This document shows positions 20,286 through 28,024 of a stretch of DNA of 64,000 nt, piece by piece (the first letter of the stretch is position 1; every line of letters begins with the position of its first letter). Position numbers and translations under genes: made by a program. Source of the stretch: Polyangia bacterium (lineage in GTDB: Bacteria > Myxococcota_A > Polyangia > Fen-1088); the NCBI GenBank assembly GCA_035549075.1, contig DASZRT010000054.1:1989-65988 (forward strand). Reading direction: 5' to 3'. The notes beneath the pieces are model-generated. The model was not told the DNA's origin, made no database searches, and was given only the letters and a program-made list of their open reading frames with translations.

Positions 20286-21568
20286 CGCGGCGGTTGCTCT
20301 TGCTGGGAGCGGCGGCGCTCCTTTCGATCTCGTCCACCTCGTCGAGGGCGCGCGCGCAATCGGCCGACGACGACCTGCCGGCCGTGCGCCTCTCGGGCGC
20401 GGGCGTCGAGCTCATGAAGCTCGGTCTGCCTCGCGTCGAGGGTGACCAAGGCGGATCGACCGGCGCGGGCGAGACGCTCACGAAGGACCTCGACATGACG
20501 GGGCTCTTCCAGGTGCTCGATCCGTCGTCGTTCCCGGCGCAGCTGCAGGGCGAGGGCCTCGGCTTCTCGTCCGCGCTGTGGACGCAGGTCGGCGCGCAGG
20601 CCGTCGTGAAGATGCGCGTGTCGGGCGGGCAAGTCGAAGGGCGCGTCTACGTCGTCGCGCGCGGCGACACGGCGCAGCTGTCGAAGGTCTACAGCGCCGC
20701 CGACGTGCGCGACGCCGTCCACCAGTTCGCCAACGACGTCGTCAAATCGTTCACGGGGCAGCCCGGCATCTTCGGGTCACGCATCGCGCTCGCGCTCACG
20801 GGCAAAGGCTCGCACGAGATCGCCGTCGTCGACGCCGACGGCGGGCGCATGTCGGTCGTGACGAAGATGGGCTCCGATTGCTTGCTGCCGGCGTTCTCGC
20901 CCAGCGGCGGCGAGATCGCCTTCACGTCGTACCTGCGCAACAACCCCGACCTCTACATCGTCTCGGCGGGCGGCGGCCGCGCGCGGCGGACGTCGAAGTG
21001 GCCCGGCCTCAACACGGGCGCGGCGTGGGCGCCGAACGGCGGCCTCGCGCTCACGCTGTCGCACGAGGGCAACGCCGAGCTCTACCGCATCGGAACCGAC
21101 GGGGCGGTGCAGGCGCGGCTCACGTCGAACCCCGCGATCGACAGCTCGCCGTCGTTCTCGCCCGACGGCTCGCAGATCGCGTTCGTGTCGAACCGCGGCG
21201 GCTCGCCGCAGATCTACGTCATGCCCGCGGGCGGCGGCGCGCCGAAGCGCGTGACGTTCCAGGGCAAGTACAACCAGACGCCGCGCTGGAGCCCGCGCGC
21301 CGACAAGCCGCAGATCGCCTTCACGGGCCGCGACGAGCGCGGCGTGTTCGACGTGTTCATCCTCGACGTCCGCTCGGGGCGCGTCGATCGCGTCACGCAG
21401 GGCAAAGGCTCGAACCTCGACCCGACGTGGTCGCCCGACGGCAAGCTCCTCGCCTACGTGTCGAGCCGCGGCGGCCTCTTCGTGCAAAACCCCGAGACGC
21501 ACCACGAGGTCCAGGTGTGGCGCGGCAGCGCCTCGTCGCCCAGCTGGGGCCCGGCGCCGAAACGCTAG
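20273..21568 (+). CDS. tolB: TolB periplasmic beta-propeller protein
   Basis: About 431 aa from GTG 20273, overlapping the tolA end. Signal peptide, TolB N-domain, and repeated PD40-type blades (SPDGSQIAFVSNRGGSPQIYVM). Confidence 0.85.
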   Translation: MRKVTRRLLLLGAAALLSISSTSSRARAQSADDDLPAVRLSGAGVELMKLGLPRVEGDQGGSTGAGETLTKDLDMTGLFQVLDPSSFPAQLQGEGLGFSSALWTQVGAQAVVKMRVSGGQVEGRVYVVARGDTAQLSKVYSAADVRDAVHQFANDVVKSFTGQPGIFGSRIALALTGKGSHEIAVVDADGGRMSVVTKMGSDCLLPAFSPSGGEIAFTSYLRNNPDLYIVSAGGGRARRTSKWPGLNTGAAWAPNGGLALTLSHEGNAELYRIGTDGAVQARLTSNPAIDSSPSFSPDGSQIAFVSNRGGSPQIYVMPAGGGAPKRVTFQGKYNQTPRWSPRADKPQIAFTGRDERGVFDVFILDVRSGRVDRVTQGKGSNLDPTWSPDGKLLAYVSSRGGLFVQNPETHHEVQVWRGSASSPSWGPAPKR

Positions 21569-21570
21569 CC

Positions 21571-22506
21571 GTGGCCGCGCGGACGCTCGCGACGATCGAC
21601 GTCGGCACGAACACGACGCTGCTGCTCGTCGCGCGCGTCGACGACGACGGCGCGATCACCGTGCTGGACGAGCGCGCCGAGATCACGCGCCTCGGGCGCG
21701 GCATCGGTCACGACGGAGCGCTCGGAGCGGAGGGCATCGCCAAGACGCTCGAGGCGCTGCGCGGCTACGCGGAGATCATCCGTGCGCGCGGCGCCCGCGT
21801 CGCCGCCATCGGCACCGAGGGCCTGCGCCGAGCGAGCAACGCCGCCGATTTCCTGGGCCCCGCCGCCGAGATCTTGGGCGCGCCGATCGAGGTGATCGCC
21901 GGCGACCGCGAGGCCGCCCTCACCTTCCGCGCCGCGGCCGAGTCGTTCCCCGACGAGGCGCGCGCGCGCACGCTCGTCGTCGTCGACATCGGCGGCGGCT
22001 CGACGGAGATCATCATCGCCGAGCGGGGCGCCGTCCGCTTTCGCACGAGCCTGCCGCTCGGCTCGGTGCGCCTGACCGAGAAGCACGTCCGCCCCGATCC
22101 GACTTCTCCCTCTTCGCCCGACGAGCGCGAGGCGATCGCGCGCGAGGTCGACGCCGCGCTCGCCGCCGTGCCGTGGCCCCGCGACGCGCGCCCGCTGCTC
22201 GTGGGCGTCGCCGGCACGGTGACGTCGCTGGCGGCGATGGCGCTCGCGCTCGCGACGTACGATCCCGCGCGCGTCCACGGCTTCGATCTGTCGCTGCCCG
22301 CGCTCGACGGCGAGATCGCGCGCCTCGCGGCGGCGACGCAGGCCGAGCGCGAGCGCTTCGTGGGCCTCGACCCGCGCCGCGCCGACGTCATCCTCGCGGG
22401 GGCAATCCTGCTCGGCCGCCTCGCGCGCGCCGCCGGCGTCGAGGCGATCCGCGTGAGCGACCGCGGCATCCGCTGGGGCCTGCTCTACGAGCTGCGCGAC
22501 GGTTGA
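21571..22506 (+). CDS. ppx: Ppx/GppA-family phosphatase (exopolyphosphatase N-terminal domains)
   Basis: 311 aa from GTG 21571. ASKHA motifs IDVGTNT, GTEGLRRA and DIGGGSTE. Confidence 0.8.
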   Translation: MAARTLATIDVGTNTTLLLVARVDDDGAITVLDERAEITRLGRGIGHDGALGAEGIAKTLEALRGYAEIIRARGARVAAIGTEGLRRASNAADFLGPAAEILGAPIEVIAGDREAALTFRAAAESFPDEARARTLVVVDIGGGSTEIIIAERGAVRFRTSLPLGSVRLTEKHVRPDPTSPSSPDEREAIAREVDAALAAVPWPRDARPLLVGVAGTVTSLAAMALALATYDPARVHGFDLSLPALDGEIARLAAATQAERERFVGLDPRRADVILAGAILLGRLARAAGVEAIRVSDRGIRWGLLYELRDG

Positions 22507-22508
22507 GA

Positions 22509-22616
22509 AGGGGGGACCGCCTGGCGCCTTCGGCGTTGGCTTGCACGGCCCAGGCATCTCGCGCCTCTGCGTCCCCCCTTGCCCCCGCTGGCCGCCGCGG
22601 CGAAGCCGCGTCGTCC
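22509..22616 (+). repeat. Interspersed ~105-nt double-hairpin element, copy 1 (3' of ppx)
   Basis: Begins GGGGGGACC 3 nt after the ppx stop. Near-identical blocks are shared with 27302-27409 on the opposite strand (see findings). Confidence 0.7.
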
Positions 22617-22665
22617 AGCCATTCCCGCCCTTGCTGAGGGCCCCCACCGACGATATTTTGCCCTC

Positions 22666-23325
22666 GTGACGTCTCAACGGCCCGCGGTCTTCGCGCTTCT
22701 GGCCTCGTTTGCGACGCTCTCCCTCGGGGGCGCCGGCTGCCGCGTCAAGGGCGCCGCCATCACGTCGCCCTTCGCCGACGACTTCGAGCGCGCCGAGCTC
22801 GGCCAGGCCTGGAACGCGACCAGCCCCGACTACAAGATCGTGGGCGGCAAGCTCGAGGTCTCGAACGCCTACAACCACCCGGCGTGGCTGAAACAGCAGC
22901 TCCCCAAGGACGCCGTCATCGAGCTGGACGTCTCGTCGAAGAGCCCGGCGGGCGACATCAAGATCGAGCTCTACGGCGACGGCGAGTCCTTCGCGCGCGA
23001 AAAGGGCGCCTACACGTCGACCGGCTACGTCCTCATCTTCGGCGGCTGGCACAACAGCCTGTCGGTGCTGTGCCGCCTCGAAGAGCACGGCGACGGCCGC
23101 AAGATGCAGCGCAACGACATGCACGTCGAGGTGGGCAAGACCTACCACTGGACGGTCACGCGCCGCGGGGGCACGATCGACTGGAAGATCGATGGCCAGC
23201 CCTTCCTCGCGTGGACCGATCCCGCGCCGCTGGGCGGTACAGGGCACGAGTACTTCGCGCTCAATGACTGGGAGAGCGACGTGACCGTCGACAACCTCCG
23301 GATCTCGCCTCTACCAGCGCCTTAA
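22666..23325 (+). CDS. Lipoprotein, possibly ConA-like lectin/glucanase (DUF1080-like) fold
   Basis: 219 aa from GTG 22666. Lipobox LGGAGC. The fold call is a weak impression from its beta-rich pattern (WNATSPDYKIVGGKLEV...GWHNS...YHWTVTRRGGTIDWKIDG). Confidence 0.5.
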   Translation: MTSQRPAVFALLASFATLSLGGAGCRVKGAAITSPFADDFERAELGQAWNATSPDYKIVGGKLEVSNAYNHPAWLKQQLPKDAVIELDVSSKSPAGDIKIELYGDGESFAREKGAYTSTGYVLIFGGWHNSLSVLCRLEEHGDGRKMQRNDMHVEVGKTYHWTVTRRGGTIDWKIDGQPFLAWTDPAPLGGTGHEYFALNDWESDVTVDNLRISPLPAP

Positions 23326-23327
23326 CC

Positions 23328-24416
23328 GTGGAACCTCCGCCGGCATCGACGTTCGACCTCGCCGCCGCCCTCGCGCGGCTCGAGCGGCGCAAGTCGGCGC
23401 TCATCTACACGCACGACAACCCCGATCCCGATTCGCTCGCGGCGGCGCTGGGCCTCGGCCGCCTCTTCGAGCACGAGTTCGGCGCGCGCGTCACGATCAC
23501 CCACGGCGGCATCGTCGGCCGCGCGCAGAACCGCGCCATGGTCGATACGCTCAAGCTGCCGCTCGTGCCCGCGGAACGCGTCGCCGCGCCGTTGTTCGAG
23601 ATCATCGCGCTCGTCGACAGCCAGCCCGAGACGGGCAACAACTCGCTGCCGCTCGATCACCGCATCGACGTCGTCGTCGATCACCACCCGCCGCGCCCCG
23701 GCAGCGCGCGCGCCGCGTGGTGCGACATCCGCCCCGAGCTGGGGGCGACGTCGACGATCGTCTTCAGCTACCTGACCGAGCGGCGCGTGCCTATCGACGC
23801 CCCGCTCGCGACGGCCGTGTTCTTCGCGCTGCGCACGGAGACGCGCGATCTCGGGCGCGAGTCGACGGAGGCCGAGCGGCGCGCCTACCTCGAGCTCGTG
23901 CCGCGCGTCGACCACGCGATGCTCTACCGCATGACGCACCCGAAAGTGCCGCGCGAGCACTTCGCGGCGCTCGACCGCGCGCTGCGCTCGGCGCAGGTCT
24001 ATGGCGACGTCGTCGCCGTCAACCTGGGCGCGCTCGGCTACCCCGACCTCGTCGCCGAGATCGCCGACCTCATGCTCGCCTACGAGGGCGCGCGCTATGT
24101 GCTGTGCATCGGTCAGTACGAAGGGGCCGCCTACCTGTCGCTGCGCACCGAAGCGAGCGACGCGCGCGCCGGCAAGATCATGCGCGAGATCGTCAGCACC
24201 GACGGCGCCGCCGGCGGCCACGGCACGATGGCGGGCGCGCGCCTCTTCGCGCCCATCACGTCCGACCAGATGTTGCAGAAGATCTTCCTCGAGATCGTGC
24301 AGCGTCTGCGCAACACCCTCGGCCACGAGCCCGTCGCCGGCCAACCGTTGCTGCGCCCGCAAGGCCCGCGCAACGCGAAGACCCTCAGCGGCCGCCCGCG
24401 CCCACCGGGCCGCTAG
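23328..24416 (+). CDS. DHH-family phosphoesterase (NrnA/bifunctional oligoribonuclease-like)
   Basis: 362 aa. DNPDPDS, VVVDHHP (DHH) and DHHA1 GGHGTMAG motifs. Confidence 0.8.
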   Translation: MEPPPASTFDLAAALARLERRKSALIYTHDNPDPDSLAAALGLGRLFEHEFGARVTITHGGIVGRAQNRAMVDTLKLPLVPAERVAAPLFEIIALVDSQPETGNNSLPLDHRIDVVVDHHPPRPGSARAAWCDIRPELGATSTIVFSYLTERRVPIDAPLATAVFFALRTETRDLGRESTEAERRAYLELVPRVDHAMLYRMTHPKVPREHFAALDRALRSAQVYGDVVAVNLGALGYPDLVAEIADLMLAYEGARYVLCIGQYEGAAYLSLRTEASDARAGKIMREIVSTDGAAGGHGTMAGARLFAPITSDQMLQKIFLEIVQRLRNTLGHEPVAGQPLLRPQGPRNAKTLSGRPRPPGR

Positions 24417-24417
24417 A

Positions 24418-24726
24418 CTAGACGACGCGGGCCACGGGCGCCGCGCCCACGATCGAGCCCGACGCGCCGTCGCGGCCGAGGACGACGTAGATGCCGATCG
24501 CCATGAACAGCAGCGCGCCGACGCAGACGATCACCACGCGGCGGCGGATGCGCGACCGGATCTCGCTCTTGACGCGCGTGCGCCTGCGGACGCGGCGACG
24601 TTCGACCGTCCGGTGTTCACCCGAGGGTTCGCGCGCCCACGCCACGGACTGGTCGACCAGGGGGCCTTTGCCGTTGCGGTCCAAAGCGACGCGTCCAGCG
24701 TAACGGCAAACGCAAATCCTTGCCAC
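24418..24726 (-). CDS. Possible small Arg-rich single-pass membrane protein
   Basis: ORF with one clear TM (VVIVCVGALLFMAIGIYVVL). Start unclear, no homology recognised. Confidence 0.3.
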   Translation of the reverse strand: MARICVCRYAGRVALDRNGKGPLVDQSVAWAREPSGEHRTVERRRVRRRTRVKSEIRSRIRRRVVIVCVGALLFMAIGIYVVLGRDGASGSIVGAAPVARVV

Positions 24727-24773
24727 CGCCCGACTGGTCGGCGGTGACGCAGGCCGGCGAGCGCGATCGGGCT

Positions 24774-25031
24774 CTACTGGATCTTGAGGGCGAGGATGAG
24801 CCCCCAGACGACCAGCGAAATGATCGAAGCCGACACGAGCGCGACGATCGTGCGCTTGCGCTCCTGCGGAGCGAGCGACGAGGGCATCACGGCGGCGTTC
24901 GATTTGTCGTTCATCATCTGCGAAGTGATGACATCGGCCGCGGGCGCGAATCCTTGACGGGATTTCGACGACGGATCGATCACCGAAGATTCGTGGGCGG
25001 GCGACACCCTAGGTGGTGCTTTGAAAGGCAT
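24774..25031 (-). CDS. Possible small tail-anchored membrane protein
   Basis: 85 aa. Hydrophilic N-terminus and C-terminal TM (IVALVSASIISLVVWGLILAL). Locally lower GC. Confidence 0.35.
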   Translation of the reverse strand: MPFKAPPRVSPAHESSVIDPSSKSRQGFAPAADVITSQMMNDKSNAAVMPSSLAPQERKRTIVALVSASIISLVVWGLILALKIQ

Positions 25032-25230
25032 GTTTTGAGCTGGCGACGGCCGGCATCGTAGGCCTCGACATGCGAGTGCGCAAGACGACGATCGTCCTAT
25101 TGCGTGTATTTCTCGTCGAGAGTCAGTGCCAGATCGGTGTCGCGAGGATGCGAGAACTTCTCGCGCGTGCTCCGTTGCTCGCGCGCCACGTCGTCGCCCC
25201 CGTCCCTTGGGGCGGGGCCGGGCGCGTGCG

Positions 25231-26121
25231 TCACTTGCGCGGCAGGGTCCCGTTGCGATCGATCGGCAAGGTGCCGCGCTCGAGGCGCGCGAGGATCGCG
25301 GCGTACATCTTGTCGACCTTCTCGTGCATGTGCGCGATCTGCAGCTCGGCCTTGACGTTCACTTCGTACTCGATGTCGTTGCGCACCCGGTCGCGCGCGA
25401 CCTGACGGTTCTGGCTCAGCAGGACGAAGACCGAGAGGATGATCGCCTCGAGCGAGACGGCCATCGTGAGCAGGCCGAACGGGTACTCGTCCCAACCGCC
25501 CCAGCGCGAGTGCCCGAGCGGGCCGACATTGAGGCCGATCCAGATCGCGAAGACGCCGAGGTGGATGAAGAGAAACGGCAGGCTGCCACTGAACTCGGAG
25601 ATCCAGTCGGCGACGCGCATGACCGTCGTGCGGCGATCCTCGGTCTCGATGTTCGGGTTGCGCGAGGCCGTGTGGCGCAGGAGGCCGACCGTCGTGCGCT
25701 GACGCTCGCCCGCGGCCGCGAGCAGGCTCATCGCCGCGACGGGGCTCGCCGCGACCAGCTCTTCCAGATCGCCGCGATCGACGACGAGCGCCTCGAGATC
25801 CTGCTTCACGAGCGCCGACGTCGTGCGCGCGCCGCCGTCGAGCAGCGAGATCTCGCCGAAGAACTGCCCCGGTCCGACGGTCTCGAGCGTGATGTGGTCG
25901 CCCGTGTCGTTCTTGAAGTACAGCTCGACGATGCCCTTGCGGATGACGTACATCGAGCCGCCGGGATCGCCGTGGCTGAACATCTCGGTGCCGGCCTCCA
26001 CGGTCTCGACGTCGATGCGCGCCGCGAGCGAAGCGCGATCGGCCTCCGAGAGGCGGTGGAAGAGCGGAACCTCGGCGAGGATGTCGACGTCGGTGGGCAA
26101 GTGGGCCTCGAAGGGCCCCAC
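25231..26121 (-). CDS. Cyclic-nucleotide-binding domain protein fused to a DUF1003-type membrane domain
   Basis: 296 aa. cNMP-binding phosphate-binding-cassette-like FFGEISLLDGGARTTSA, then 2 TM and the LSQNRQ...D motif region typical of DUF1003. Confidence 0.8.
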   Translation of the reverse strand: MGPFEAHLPTDVDILAEVPLFHRLSEADRASLAARIDVETVEAGTEMFSHGDPGGSMYVIRKGIVELYFKNDTGDHITLETVGPGQFFGEISLLDGGARTTSALVKQDLEALVVDRGDLEELVAASPVAAMSLLAAAGERQRTTVGLLRHTASRNPNIETEDRRTTVMRVADWISEFSGSLPFLFIHLGVFAIWIGLNVGPLGHSRWGGWDEYPFGLLTMAVSLEAIILSVFVLLSQNRQVARDRVRNDIEYEVNVKAELQIAHMHEKVDKMYAAILARLERGTLPIDRNGTLPRK

Positions 26122-26160
26122 TATACCCGCAGGGTCTTCATCCTCGCAGGGGCGTCGCCT

Positions 26161-27249
26161 TCAGCGACCTTTGACCTGGCACGAGCCGCCGTGGATGGCG
26201 TGCCAGTTCTGGTGGTACTCCTCGGCGCGGTAAAACGGCGGCGCCGGGTTCACGACGGCCGTGACGATCTTGTCGTTCTTGAAGCGCGGCTGCTTCGACA
26301 GCTCGGCGATGTAGGCCGTCGCCTCTTTCTGCTGCTGCGGCGAGCTCGCGAAGATCACCGAACGGTAGTTCGAGCCGACGTCGGGCCCCTGGCGATCGAC
26401 CGTCGTCGGGTCGTGGTTGTCGAAGAAGACCTTGAGCAGGTCGTGGTACGAGACGCGCGCCGGATCGTACGTCACCTTCACGGTCTCGGCGTGGCCCGTC
26501 GTGTGCGACGAGACCTGCTCGTAGGTGGGGTTCGCGGTCTTGCCGCCCTGGTAGCCGGACTCGGCGTCCATGACGCCGGGGATCTGCTCGAAGACATCCT
26601 CGACGCCCCAGAAGCAGCCGCCCGCGAAGTAGGCGACCTCGGACTTCACGGGCAGCGACTCGGGCGGCAGCGGCGTGCCCTCGGGGATGAACTTCAGCGA
26701 GGCCGAGTTCACGCAGTAGCGCTTGCCCGTGGGCGGCGGGCCGTCGTCGAAGACGTGGCCGAGGTGCGCGCCCGAGCGCGCGTCGACGATCTCGGTGCGC
26801 TTCATGCCGAGCGTGTCGTCGGTGTGCTCGATGATGTGGTCGGGCGAGATCGGGTCGAAGAAAGACGGCCAGCCCGTGCCCGAGTCGAACTTCTGCGTCG
26901 AGCGGAACAGCGGCAAGCCTCCCACGACCGAGACGTACGTTCCCGGCCCATGGTTCTTGTGCATCGCCGTGCAGAACGGGCGCTCGGTGTCGGCGTGGAG
27001 CGTCACGCGCTCCTGCTCGGGCGTGAGCGTCTTCGCGATCTCGGCGATGCGCGCCTTCGACAGCGGCGTGATGTCGTAGCCCGCAGCCGAATACTTCGGG
27101 AAACCCGGCGGGTGCTCGCGGAGCGTCGACTCCGAGCTCGTTCCACCGGACGGGCGGGCGCTCGACCCGCCCCAGGCGACCCAGGCCGCGAGACCCACGG
27201 TCAGGACGGCCGGCAACCACACGATGATCTTCATGCCTGGCTTACGCAT
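26161..27249 (-). CDS. msrAB: Exported/membrane-anchored bifunctional methionine sulfoxide reductase MsrB-MsrA
   Basis: 362 aa. N-terminal signal/anchor, MsrB core (GWPSF, RYCVNSASL), then MsrA (GGCFWGVE, GYQGG). An alternative start is ATG 27234. Confidence 0.85.
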   Translation of the reverse strand: MRKPGMKIIVWLPAVLTVGLAAWVAWGGSSARPSGGTSSESTLREHPPGFPKYSAAGYDITPLSKARIAEIAKTLTPEQERVTLHADTERPFCTAMHKNHGPGTYVSVVGGLPLFRSTQKFDSGTGWPSFFDPISPDHIIEHTDDTLGMKRTEIVDARSGAHLGHVFDDGPPPTGKRYCVNSASLKFIPEGTPLPPESLPVKSEVAYFAGGCFWGVEDVFEQIPGVMDAESGYQGGKTANPTYEQVSSHTTGHAETVKVTYDPARVSYHDLLKVFFDNHDPTTVDRQGPDVGSNYRSVIFASSPQQQKEATAYIAELSKQPRFKNDKIVTAVVNPAPPFYRAEEYHQNWHAIHGGSCQVKGR

Positions 27250-27301
27250 GCGCCGGCGTTCAGGTTACGACGCGCAGCTTGCACTCGGCACGAACGGCTG
27301 T

Positions 27302-27409
27302 TCGACGCGGCTTTGCCGCGGCGAACAGCGGGGGCCAGGGGGGACGCAGAGGCGCCAGATCGAGCTCGCCCAGCAGCCCATCGCCGAAGGCGCCGGCCGG
27401 TCCCCCCTA
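27302..27409 (-). repeat. Interspersed ~105-nt double-hairpin element, copy 2 (3' of glnK)
   Basis: On the minus strand it begins GGGGGGACC 5 nt after the glnK stop. Same blocks as copy 1. Confidence 0.7.
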
Positions 27410-27412
27410 CTA

Positions 27413-27989
<577 letters not shown>

Positions 27990-28024
27990 GGCAAGGGACG
28001 CGGGAGCGCCCCTTCAGGCGTGGA

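Noticed and set aside
25097-25189. 30-aa minus-strand sORF (VAREQRSTREKFSHPRDTDLALTLDEKYTQ) just downstream of the cNMP-binding gene.
   Set aside because: It has no convincing RBS and no recognisable family, and it is too short to judge from sequence alone.
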